Shown: in pieces, positions 46,539 to 55,469 of the stretch
Layout of the letters: each line of letters begins with the position of its first letter
How positions within the stretch are numbered: position 1 is the first letter of the stretch
IMG/VR virus record: IMGVR_UViG_3300029288_007050
Span: 1-64,000 of that record
DNA length: 64,000 bases
Reading direction: 5' to 3' (one strand)
From: a virus
Taxonomy: Duplodnaviria > Caudoviricetes
Translations under genes and position numbers: made by a program
The notes under the pieces: model-generated
Seen by the model: only the letters and a program-made list of their open reading frames with translations
What the model was told of the DNA's origin: nothing
Database searches by the model: none

Positions 46539-46567
46539 TTTACAAAGCGTTCATTATATAGTATGAT
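46539..46567 (+). promoter_or_regulatory. sigma70-type promoter (variant)
   Basis: TTTACA-N17-TATGAT. Confidence 0.6.
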
Positions 46568-46588
46568 GTAGCATAGGAAAGAAAAAAT

Positions 46589-47122
46589 ATGAGATTACCT
46601 TCAAATATTATATGCATAGATCTTGAAACGACTGATTCAGATAGCAAAACTGGAAGTATAATTCAGTTATCTGCTATCGCCGTCAATGAAGAGTTTGAAC
46701 CTATACACGCTCGAACTTTTGATATGTTTATACAACCTCTTGATAGTTATAGAAATCCTAAAGCAATGGCTGTGAATAAAATATCTGAAGAAACGCTAAA
46801 AACTGCAACACCTCTACAAGAAGCTCTTATAATGTTTGAAAGCTTCTGTGACAATGACAATATTTTAGCTTCCTGGGGTGCTTACTTCGACATTCCTTTT
46901 TTACGAAATCAATATGAAAAGATCTACAGAAAATATCCTTTCAGTTATCGTTGTTTTGATTTAAAATCTATTGCGATCTGGGAATTAGGTAAAAGAGGAA
47001 TACCAATAAGAGGTGGTGTAAGTAAATTTTTAAACGCTTTGCATAAAGAATTTAGTGGTTCTCAACATAACGCTATTGATGACATTCGTAACGCTGTCGA
47101 AATTCTAAGACTCTGCAAATAG
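46589..47122 (+). CDS. DEDDh 3'-5' exonuclease
   Basis: IDLETT, FDIPFL, HNAIDD. Confidence 0.9.
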   Translation: MRLPSNIICIDLETTDSDSKTGSIIQLSAIAVNEEFEPIHARTFDMFIQPLDSYRNPKAMAVNKISEETLKTATPLQEALIMFESFCDNDNILASWGAYFDIPFLRNQYEKIYRKYPFSYRCFDLKSIAIWELGKRGIPIRGGVSKFLNALHKEFSGSQHNAIDDIRNAVEILRLCK

Positions 47123-47132
47123 AAATAAACAA

Positions 47133-47393
47133 ATGCTTAAAGAATACCCACGTTTAAAGAAACTCTGGAATAAGATGGTAAAGAATGCTTCGATCAAAGA
47201 ATCTGAAGGTGTTTTAACTTTCGACAATCGTAAAAAAGAAACAAAAGAATTTGAAAAAGAATTCTGTAAAGTTCTTTCAACGTCACTTAATGATTTAGAT
47301 AAGAAAAGAATAGCAGAAAGTCTGAAATATTTATTTTTTAAAACTGGAAAGTTTAATACTAAAGGTCGGAAATCTAAAAACATTAATAAATAA
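47133..47393 (+). CDS. hypothetical protein
   Basis: ORF. Confidence 0.55.
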   Translation: MLKEYPRLKKLWNKMVKNASIKESEGVLTFDNRKKETKEFEKEFCKVLSTSLNDLDKKRIAESLKYLFFKTGKFNTKGRKSKNINK

Positions 47394-47408
47394 CATTACT
47401 CTGAAAAA

Positions 47409-47699
47409 ATGGAAACCTTCAAAGATCAAGAATTCCTTGAGTACGTTATCAAATCGTTTGTCTCTAAACCAGAAGAAGTGAAGATCACTAGAGTCGTTGA
47501 CGAGATGGGAGTGCTGCTTACTCTTAGCGTCGCACAGGAAGATGTTTCTAGAGTTATCGGAAGAAGTGGACAGACAGCTAAAGCTATCCGATTGCTTCTT
47601 AGAATCGTCGGATACTCTCAGAAAGTTAGAGCAAATCTTAAGATTGACGCACCTCAAGCTTCAGCAAAACCTAAATCAGCGTTAGACGTAGAGATTTAG
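47409..47699 (+). CDS. khpA: KH-domain RNA-binding protein KhpA
   Basis: EFLEYVIK..V..PEEV, DEMGVLLTL, VIGRSGQTAKAIR. Confidence 0.88.
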   Translation: METFKDQEFLEYVIKSFVSKPEEVKITRVVDEMGVLLTLSVAQEDVSRVIGRSGQTAKAIRLLLRIVGYSQKVRANLKIDAPQASAKPKSALDVEI

Positions 47700-47803
47700 T
47701 ATATTTCTTAAAGTCGAATTAATTAGTATGAAGAGAACTCTCAGTAATACTAACGATAGTGATCTCAGTTCTCTTCATAAATAATCTTTAACAATACAAA
47801 AAA

Positions 47804-47983
47804 ATGTCTGACACACAATACGAAGCATATTGCTTCAAATGCAAAGTAAAGAAAATCGTGCAGAATCCTGAAATTATCACGATGAAGACAGGCGCAAAAG
47901 CAGTCAAGGGGACTTGCCCGACATGTGGCGGAAAGATGTTCAAGTTTCTCCCAAAAATTAAAGACGATCAAAATGCAATATGA
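47804..47983 (+). CDS. DUF5679-like Zn-ribbon protein
   Basis: Hand translation: AYCFKCK...MKTGAKAVKGTCPTCGGKMFK. Confidence 0.75.
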   Translation: MSDTQYEAYCFKCKVKKIVQNPEIITMKTGAKAVKGTCPTCGGKMFKFLPKIKDDQNAI

Positions 47984-48728
47984 TTCTCTAATCATCGGAA
48001 ATGGTGAAGTCGGTTCAGCTCTTAAAAAAGTACTTGACGCCAGAAACGATAAAAGAAGTTGTAGCATTATAGATCGAAAAGACGAAGATTTTAAAGAAAA
48101 ACTGAACGATAGCAAATGCAAGACTCTTCATATCTGTATCCCTTACAGCAAAACATTCGTAAAAGATACGCTCAACTATTTAAGACTTTTCCAACCAGAA
48201 TTATGTATCATTCATTCGACAGTTCCAGTCGGAACGACGTCAAGAATAAATTATTCAGCGTTTGCGACAAAAGTAGCACCGTTAACACACGTAGTTCATT
48301 CTCCAGTTAGAGGTCTCCATCCAAATTTAGATACTGGCCTTCTAACTTTTGTGAAATATGTTGGTACTGATAGCAAAGAAGCTTTTGAAAAAGCAAAGAA
48401 AGAGATGGATAATATGAACGTAGTCTGGTTCGAAAAATCTGAAGACAGTGAACTCGGTAAATTGCTAGATACTTCTTACTATGGTGTATGTATTAGTTGG
48501 CACAGAGAGATGGAAAGATTATGCAAATATTTCGACGTCAACTTTGAGAACGCTGTCACCGCTTTCAACATTTCATATAATGAAGGATATTCGAAACTCA
48601 AACCTAACGTAGTCAGACCAGTTCTGACTTCGCCAGGGAAGAAAAAAATAGGAGGACATTGTGTCACTCAAAATGCTAAACTTTTGAATGCACAACAACA
48701 ATCAAAATTCCTTGATTTAATAAAATAG
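47973..48728 (+). CDS. UDP-glucose/GDP-mannose dehydrogenase family (lacks C-terminal domain)
   Basis: IIGNGEVG, HSTVPVGT, SP, ELGKL, GGHCV. Confidence 0.8.
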   Translation: MQYDSLIIGNGEVGSALKKVLDARNDKRSCSIIDRKDEDFKEKLNDSKCKTLHICIPYSKTFVKDTLNYLRLFQPELCIIHSTVPVGTTSRINYSAFATKVAPLTHVVHSPVRGLHPNLDTGLLTFVKYVGTDSKEAFEKAKKEMDNMNVVWFEKSEDSELGKLLDTSYYGVCISWHREMERLCKYFDVNFENAVTAFNISYNEGYSKLKPNVVRPVLTSPGKKKIGGHCVTQNAKLLNAQQQSKFLDLIK

Positions 48729-48772
48729 GTCGACAAAAGAGAGTATTCGTTAATTATTAAACAAACACTAAC

Positions 48773-48997
48773 ATGGAAAAAGACATCAAATTAGAAGAAG
48801 ACACAAACGTCGAAGAAACAGCTGAAGAAACTGAAAAAGAAGAAACTGATGAAGAAGAAACAAAGGAAGAATCAACTGAAGAGAAATCTGAAGAAGCAAG
48901 TGAAGAAGAATCAGCTGATGAAGAAACAGATGACGAAGGTTTAGTCGACGAAGAAATCAACGACGGCGACGGCGAAGAGACTTCTGAAGAAGAATAA
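48773..48997 (+). CDS. highly acidic small protein
   Basis: 74 aa dominated by Glu/Asp; followed by terminator. Confidence 0.65.
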   Translation: MEKDIKLEEDTNVEETAEETEKEETDEEETKEESTEEKSEEASEEESADEETDDEGLVDEEINDGDGEETSEEE

Positions 48998-49017
48998 TCT
49001 TCGATTCTTTATAAAAT

Positions 49018-49047
49018 CTAAAAACCTCTCGAAAGAGGGGTTTTTAG
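49018..49047. terminator. bidirectional terminator at convergence of the two arms
   Basis: CTAAAAACCTCTC-GAAA-GAGGGGTTTTTAG. Confidence 0.85.
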
Positions 49048-49174
49048 TATATATCAATAATATTCATCGATAAGTTAACAATATGAACAGTCTAGAGCCC
49101 TCTAGAACGCTCTCTAAGGGCTTTTTACACCAAAGTTAATATAATATATGGTTGTCTTTCAAAGAGCGTTCAGT

Positions 49175-50242
49175 CTAAGAATATAGTTCATTCAATTTAG
49201 CAATCGTCTTCATTCCTACTATTCGTCCTTGTAAAGAATCTAATTCTGTCGCACTTGCTACATTATATTTTCTTTGGAACTGCAAAACAGCATCTGAAGT
49301 AATAGATCCATAATAACCAGTACTAGAAATATTTGTCGGAAACATGCCTTCATATTTTAGAATATCTTGCAATGCTTTGATATGATCGTTTGTCTGCCCA
49401 AATTTCAACGTTACAGTGAAAGTATAAGATGGTTTTTCTATAGATTTTTCTTCGAACGCGAAATTCATCGGATAAGCTGCAAAGAAATTGCGTGTTTTGA
49501 AGAAATCTTCATTAATTACGCGCTGGCCTGCTAAACCATAAGAACTGCCCCAACTATCTTCTATAATAAGTGCTTTTTTCCCGTCAACAAGTGCAGCATC
49601 TACAGCAGCGACAGAATGTCTGCCAGTATCTTTACTGTGAAGATCTAGATCAGAATATTTTATGACTGGTTTGCTTGTCCATTCATTCGTTTTAAAGTAA
49701 AACCAAACCATAATCGCTTTATTCGTCGTCTGTATGACAGATGCTACTGTATCGATGTCTTTTATCGGAAGAACTATGTAATTGCCTATTTTGAAGATCT
49801 TTCCAACGTCTTGTTTGTATTCTTCAATTACCGTGTCGTCCATTTTTTCGTCTGTAAGATTCTGACTCGGTACTAATTCTTCTAACGTAACACCTTGTCT
49901 AGCAATATCGAATGCTTCTATACCATACATGCCCGCAGAAGGTTTATTCGATCTTCTCTGATAAATATGAGTTGCACTAAAATGAACATAAACTCCATTT
50001 TTAAGCCAATAAAGAACACCAAGCAGTTTTGCTAAAGTCTGTGCTACACAGGAACCAGAACCGTTTTGATTATATATCGGAAATTTTCTCCATTCTGATT
50101 GAGTTTTTTCGACCCAATTGACAGGATTAGCAGTAGCAACAGTTTCTTTGAAGAGATAATCTTTTGATTTTTCTTCATTCGTTCTAACATCTATATTTGC
50201 TCCAGTACCTTTTGGTTTTTGAAATAGATTATAGAAATTCAT
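49175..50242 (-). CDS. putative endolysin: papain-like (C1/C39) cysteine peptidase plus peptidoglycan-binding domain
   Basis: QNGSGSCVA, HSV, DSWG; LKFG..IKALQ..TGYYG..T..AV.QFQ..G.VG..T. Confidence 0.8.
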   Translation of the reverse strand: MNFYNLFQKPKGTGANIDVRTNEEKSKDYLFKETVATANPVNWVEKTQSEWRKFPIYNQNGSGSCVAQTLAKLLGVLYWLKNGVYVHFSATHIYQRRSNKPSAGMYGIEAFDIARQGVTLEELVPSQNLTDEKMDDTVIEEYKQDVGKIFKIGNYIVLPIKDIDTVASVIQTTNKAIMVWFYFKTNEWTSKPVIKYSDLDLHSKDTGRHSVAAVDAALVDGKKALIIEDSWGSSYGLAGQRVINEDFFKTRNFFAAYPMNFAFEEKSIEKPSYTFTVTLKFGQTNDHIKALQDILKYEGMFPTNISSTGYYGSITSDAVLQFQRKYNVASATELDSLQGRIVGMKTIAKLNELYS

Positions 50243-50264
50243 AATTTTTTAGAATTAATTTTAT

Positions 50265-50573
50265 TTATGTCGACCCTTGTGTATTTTCTTCTGTTTTTAA
50301 TGTTGTCATTTTGAAGTTAACTCTATCTTTGTATTCTTCTTGCTTGCCGACATTCCATTGATTGATGGGTCTAAGATAACCGACTACTCTGGAATAAACT
50401 TCTGTTTTTCTGAAATTAGTAAGAGACGGGTCTTTCTTAAAGCATTCGTCGCATTTGATAATAGCTACTTTCTTATCGTCGTATTTGTATATCAGCAATT
50501 TAGCGCCCACTAATTCTTTTCCTTTTTCTTCTATTTTTTTACCACAGTCGTGGCATTCAATGATTCTTTTCAT
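50265..50573 (-). CDS. stand-alone NrdD C-terminal-like Zn ribbon protein
   Basis: CHDC..CDEC, EVYSRVVGYLRP..WN.GK..E..DR. Confidence 0.85.
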   Translation of the reverse strand: MKRIIECHDCGKKIEEKGKELVGAKLLIYKYDDKKVAIIKCDECFKKDPSLTNFRKTEVYSRVVGYLRPINQWNVGKQEEYKDRVNFKMTTLKTEENTQGST

Positions 50574-50643
50574 TGTTATGTTATATTAAAACATTTGTCG
50601 AAAGTGAGCTTACTTTCTTTCGATTTCAGCTCACTTCCTTCCT

Positions 50644-50793
50644 TTAGATATGAAGAATACTAGTATCTTTTCTTTTTTCTAGAGTCTCTTTCAATGGGAC
50701 GGTTTTTAACTCTCCTCCACATTGCGGGCAAGTTAATCCGTCGTACGTAGACTGCTCGATGTGTCCACATTTTTTGCACTGCAAGACCTCCAT
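50644..50793 (-). CDS. small Zn-ribbon protein
   Basis: MEVLQCKKCGH...CPQCGG; AGGAGG SD. Confidence 0.6.
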   Translation of the reverse strand: MEVLQCKKCGHIEQSTYDGLTCPQCGGELKTVPLKETLEKRKDTSILHI

Positions 50794-50829
50794 ATTCTTT
50801 ACCTCCTGTTAAAGAACTATTTTTATTTA

Positions 50830-51774
50830 TTAATAATCATTATCGTGTGGTATGTAAAATGGAACGAATGTCGAAGTAAACTTGTTTAAAGAAGAATCTT
50901 TGCCTACTTCGATCTCTACGATCCACCCTCCCATCTGTGGCTGTAAACCTTTTCTTACTAAATAAGGTGTTTGAGATTGAAAACAACCTGTCAATAAAGA
51001 ATGCACGTTGCGATAAACAAAATAACCTGCTTGATGATAATGACCCAATAACAATATTTGCGGTTTAGTTCCACCAGAAAAACCTTCTATAAATTTCTGT
51101 GGTTTATAACTCATAGCGTATGAAGTACCACCCATCGGGTGCATCAAATATATTCGAATTTTGTTATTAAGCATGAAATATGCTCCATGCTGTCCAAGAA
51201 AACGTATGTCTGATCTCTGTTTAGAAACTTCTTCGAGTACGTCAGAAGCTCCCATTTTAAACCAGTCTAAATCATGCGCTCCAGAAATAGCATAAGTTGG
51301 AAGATCTCTTGGGTAGTTTTTAACAATATAATCGATTTGGTCTTTCAGAGTATATTTAAAGATTTCTTGCATTTGACCGATATAATGAGAGCCATTGCCA
51401 TCAGAGAAGTCACCAACATGAAATACTAGTTTGCATCCTTCGTTTTTGACATGTTCGTAGAAATTTTTAAGGTGCGTTAATTGCTGGTATTTAGAAATAA
51501 AATGCGTATCACTAACAACTGCGAATTTTATTTTCTCACCTTCTTTTGTTAATTCACGAAAATAAAATTCTTTATCTTCATATACTGGCATCTGTATAGG
51601 TTCACGACTGCTAACAATCTTCTTGAGACTCAGCGAGCTTGCTTTCGACTTGATGCTCTCTTTAGTTCTACCCGGAAGATATGTTAAGAGTTTATCTATT
51701 GGAGCTGTCTGATAAAGATTTCGTAACAACTTTGTTTCTTTTGGAGTCCATTTTGAGTTCTTAGATTTGTTCAT
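50830..51774 (-). CDS. calcineurin-like metallophosphoesterase with N-terminal Myb/SANT-like HTH
   Basis: WTPKE..LL..LPGRT; SDTH, GD..DG, GAHD, HP, GHYH. Confidence 0.85.
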   Translation of the reverse strand: MNKSKNSKWTPKETKLLRNLYQTAPIDKLLTYLPGRTKESIKSKASSLSLKKIVSSREPIQMPVYEDKEFYFRELTKEGEKIKFAVVSDTHFISKYQQLTHLKNFYEHVKNEGCKLVFHVGDFSDGNGSHYIGQMQEIFKYTLKDQIDYIVKNYPRDLPTYAISGAHDLDWFKMGASDVLEEVSKQRSDIRFLGQHGAYFMLNNKIRIYLMHPMGGTSYAMSYKPQKFIEGFSGGTKPQILLLGHYHQAGYFVYRNVHSLLTGCFQSQTPYLVRKGLQPQMGGWIVEIEVGKDSSLNKFTSTFVPFYIPHDNDY

Positions 51775-51849
51775 ATAAAATCATATCGATTATTTTAAAA
51801 ATAATTAGATAATGATTCTGTCAATCAGATATTCAGTTGTTAGAGACGC

Positions 51850-52029
51850 TTATGACGCTGGTTTCGTTTTCTTTTCTTCTGTTTCAAGCTCGTTTAGAAG
51901 ATCGATCTTTCCTTGGATTTTAACGATTTCTGTGACGACATTGTTTTTTTGAGTTTCTAATGATTGCATCTCAATCACTTTCTTTTGCATCAATGTCTCT
52001 AAAGCTTTTTTACGTTCTTTAATGTCCAT
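51850..52029 (-). CDS. small coiled-coil protein
   Basis: Hand translation MDIKERKKALETLMQ...KPAS. Confidence 0.55.
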   Translation of the reverse strand: MDIKERKKALETLMQKKVIEMQSLETQKNNVVTEIVKIQGKIDLLNELETEEKKTKPAS

Positions 52030-52033
52030 GTTT

Positions 52034-52420
52034 TTAAGATTTTTTATTGTTTTTTTCGACCTTTAGAACACCTCTTTTTATTTCTTTAGTCTTTATTTTT
52101 TTAGGTTTAAATATTTTTTCAAGAAATTCTAATGCTTTATGAGGTTTGCTCTTCTGTCCACATGAAAAAATATCAATTGCTATGTAATCTATCTTTGGCC
52201 AAGCGTGTATCGAAATATGCGATTCAGCTAATAAGATAAAAGCGCTTATGTTTCCCGAAGAAGTTTTGCGAGCATCTACACCCAATGAAGTATTGTGAGA
52301 TACTTTAGCTGATTTAGTCAAAATAGACTTTATTCTGCCGACATCGTCTATCATCTGATTGCCCCAGAATTCAGCTAACAAATGAACACCTGCGTATTTT
52401 GTATTATTTTTGCTTTTCAT
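52034..52420 (-). CDS. speD: S-adenosylmethionine decarboxylase proenzyme
   Basis: GVHLLAEF, LAESHISIHAWP, IDIFSCG. Confidence 0.9.
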   Translation of the reverse strand: MKSKNNTKYAGVHLLAEFWGNQMIDDVGRIKSILTKSAKVSHNTSLGVDARKTSSGNISAFILLAESHISIHAWPKIDYIAIDIFSCGQKSKPHKALEFLEKIFKPKKIKTKEIKRGVLKVEKNNKKS

Positions 52421-52558
52421 CTTTTTCTTTCTTTTTAGATTCTTTTATCGGTTCGTCAATCGGTGTATTTTTACTAGTATCTGGTTGCAATATTTGATAT
52501 AACTGACGACCTTCAGTTTCTATTTCTTCTCGTGTTTTTTTATTTGCGTTGGGCTTTG

Positions 52559-55384
52559 TCATATTTTTGATATTTCTCCTTTAACTTTAAGATTGCCTTC
52601 TTCATCTAAGAACATTATTAATTTATCTTTTCTATTGTAGAATTTCAAAGTTCCACCAGTTTCATCCATTCGGAATAAAATTTCTTTTGTCTTTTTGTCT
52701 CTAAAAAGTAAGTCACCTGTTATATGTTGGTCAGCTGTTTGATTAGCACAATACATATTATCAGCGTAAACGTTTAGCCAACGATAAGCATTAGTTCCTA
52801 AATTACAATGACTATCAGTATATGGACTTAATTCTGCTCCGTACGCCCAGATCTGTCCTGCTTCAGCAGTAGAAGTACCAGCATCATATAAAATAATTCC
52901 TGCCTGAGGATTTCCAGAGCCATCTGTAGAATTGTATAGTTTCCACGAATGATAAGTATACGGACTAGAATATTGAGAAGCAAACATAGCAGTGCCACTG
53001 TAAATACTGTTTGCCCATTGATTTATCATCGAAGACGCAATCTGGACTCCTACTTTATTTCCTGAATCGTATATAGTATAAAAGTCATGGTTCGAAGTCC
53101 CCATCACTGCTCGATTTCCAGAAGACGCTGTCTGTATAGCATTACCTGTCAATGTTCCAGTATTAATCGCCCAACCTGTAATTGTGCCAGCTAGAATTCT
53201 ATCAGCTCTAACTAAGTTAGTGACAATATATCCGCCTTGTATAACTGTTGTTCCAAGTTTTGCAGCTTCAACTACGTCTAAATATGCCAAATCACCAGCA
53301 TCAGCTGTAGCTAATTTTGAAGTCGGATCATATCCCGAAGCAAACGTAGTTGAACCAGATATGTATATATTATCAGCATCTATTCTTATTCCTTCTCCAG
53401 AAGCGTTAATAGTTGCTATGATTTGAGAAGTAGAACCAGCAGAAAACAGAGGAGTGAAATTCAGTTGTGCTGTCGTAATAGTACCAGCAGCAATTTTTGC
53501 TGCAGTAATCGTAAGAGCAGCAATTTCATTAGCAGTAATTGTACCCGCGATGATTTCATCAGCACTGATTGATCTTTTAGCAATCTGGTTTCCGTTAATA
53601 TTTATATTCACGTTTTGATTGCTGCTAACAGAGAATGATGCTTCTGATAGAGGATCAGCTGCGGCTTTTGCATTTGAGAAAACGATTTTTGTTATGTCTG
53701 ATATAGCAGATTTATCGGTGCTAACATCGAACGTCATCTTTTTAATTGTATAAGCTCCCGTCGTGTCAGCAATAGTCCATCTGTCTTCGATCGTTAAAAT
53801 CGTCGCAGTGTTTGATCTTATTATTTTCGTCTGTCCGCCAATCGTTACGATGTATCCTTTATATTGATCGTTCGACCAAGATTTCGAAGCATCTCCTAAT
53901 ATTTCACCTCCTTGTTTTATTATACCAGTACCACTGTCAGAATTTGCAGCAGACGTATTAATTGTTTCTTCATCTAAATAAATGTAGTAATCAGTTGCTG
54001 CAGACATCAACCCGGTGTTTCCAGCTGCGATGACTCTTCTGCCTGCTTCTGATCCACTGCTAGTTGGGAGATATACTGTTCCAGCTGTCCAGTCTACTTG
54101 ACGATAAGCATTTGCTCCAGTCGTCGCAGAAAATACTATATCTGTAGACCAAGTTCTGTTAGCGGGTCCAAGTTGAGCAGCTGTAAGAGCTTGTGTGATA
54201 TAACCAAACCAAGTCATCTCTTTATCGAGTCTCTGGCGCTCGTTTTCGACAATGTCCTCAAAATTGTCTGCTGCTTCTGAAAGTTCTAATGTAGCAGTGT
54301 CGACTTCGTATTTGATAGATTGAATTACTAAAACTTTATCAGTACTAACGACGTATGGATTGTTTTTAGCATTTAAAATCTGGCAAGTCTGTCCTGGTTC
54401 AATAGAAGATAAATCATAGACACCGTTTAAAGTCAAACTGATTTTAACCTTCGGGTCTTTTTTATCATAAACTTTAGAGTCTGCTAACAATGCAGCAGCG
54501 CTTGGATTCGTCACTTTGCTATCAGTAATATATTCTGCGATGATGTCATTATCACTTTGACTAGTTATATCATCTGAAGTTAGTTTTAAATAATCAGGAT
54601 CGAGAGTGCCTTTTTCATTCCAAAAATATACTCTGTTGACAACACCTTCAATCGATTTTTCTCCTGAAATCTCAGTGATATGTCTTCCTATCGTAAATGT
54701 ATGTTGAGCAGTAGTCGCTAAATTTTTCAAAACTAGATCGCCGTCAGTGTTGATTCTCCAATAAAACCAATAACCTCCAGCTTTATTTCTCGGTAAGAAT
54801 TTAGACACTTCTCTCAAAGCATCTAAATGTTTCATATTAAAAAATCTATGATCGAAGCTAAATAGAGCTCCAGTATTGTCAGTCGTTTGTTCTACATCTG
54901 TAAAGTCAGCAGTAATCATCGAATTTGTTTCAGTAGAACGATAATGATTGATGATTGCTTCCATCATCTGGTCTACTCTTTGGCTAGTAAGCTCGACACC
55001 AAGATCCGATGCGGCAGCAGCTGTGCCTGTTCGATAGAAATCGTTTGAAAGTTTTGAGACAGCAGAAAGACAAGTGACTTCGACACCTTCGTCTTTTCCT
55101 CTTAAATAAGGTTTGTAAGAGACAATGTAGCCATTTGCTACTAACTTATCTCCATTTGGATTGAACGAATCTTTGAGATATACTTTAATTCTGTTGTTGA
55201 ATTTGATCGAAGTATTTTCATCAAAGTCGTCCATCTTTCTGTCTAGCTGGAAAGTAAAACTGTTGTCACCACCATTTATTGTTTTTTCTACAGACAAATT
55301 AGAAATTACGTCATTTAAAACTTCGATGAACGTTCCGTCCTCTTCATAAACCTTCCAAATAAGTTGTCTATCGAAATTTGCCAT
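52559..55384 (-). CDS. tail tip/host-specificity (Tal-like) protein
   Basis: Position after Dit; N-terminal hub-like region; (I/A)AAGTITA repeats. Confidence 0.75.
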   Translation of the reverse strand: MANFDRQLIWKVYEEDGTFIEVLNDVISNLSVEKTINGGDNSFTFQLDRKMDDFDENTSIKFNNRIKVYLKDSFNPNGDKLVANGYIVSYKPYLRGKDEGVEVTCLSAVSKLSNDFYRTGTAAAASDLGVELTSQRVDQMMEAIINHYRSTETNSMITADFTDVEQTTDNTGALFSFDHRFFNMKHLDALREVSKFLPRNKAGGYWFYWRINTDGDLVLKNLATTAQHTFTIGRHITEISGEKSIEGVVNRVYFWNEKGTLDPDYLKLTSDDITSQSDNDIIAEYITDSKVTNPSAAALLADSKVYDKKDPKVKISLTLNGVYDLSSIEPGQTCQILNAKNNPYVVSTDKVLVIQSIKYEVDTATLELSEAADNFEDIVENERQRLDKEMTWFGYITQALTAAQLGPANRTWSTDIVFSATTGANAYRQVDWTAGTVYLPTSSGSEAGRRVIAAGNTGLMSAATDYYIYLDEETINTSAANSDSGTGIIKQGGEILGDASKSWSNDQYKGYIVTIGGQTKIIRSNTATILTIEDRWTIADTTGAYTIKKMTFDVSTDKSAISDITKIVFSNAKAAADPLSEASFSVSSNQNVNININGNQIAKRSISADEIIAGTITANEIAALTITAAKIAAGTITTAQLNFTPLFSAGSTSQIIATINASGEGIRIDADNIYISGSTTFASGYDPTSKLATADAGDLAYLDVVEAAKLGTTVIQGGYIVTNLVRADRILAGTITGWAINTGTLTGNAIQTASSGNRAVMGTSNHDFYTIYDSGNKVGVQIASSMINQWANSIYSGTAMFASQYSSPYTYHSWKLYNSTDGSGNPQAGIILYDAGTSTAEAGQIWAYGAELSPYTDSHCNLGTNAYRWLNVYADNMYCANQTADQHITGDLLFRDKKTKEILFRMDETGGTLKFYNRKDKLIMFLDEEGNLKVKGEISKI

Positions 55385-55469
55385 TGTCGTATATATAATC
55401 TATTAACTTTAATACTTCACCAAGCTTAGATGACGTTCTAGAGCGCTAGTTATTGCATCTAACCTCTTT

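Larger units (their letters stand above)
3765..55446. repeat. dispersed ~23-25-bp motif (GCnCTTAGAnAGCGTTCTAGAGnGC-like), 7 copies
   Basis: 3765-3787(+), 13908-13930(-, partial), 22349-22373(+), 33923-33945(-), 44015-44039(+), 49097-49121(-), 55424-55446(+). Confidence 0.65.
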
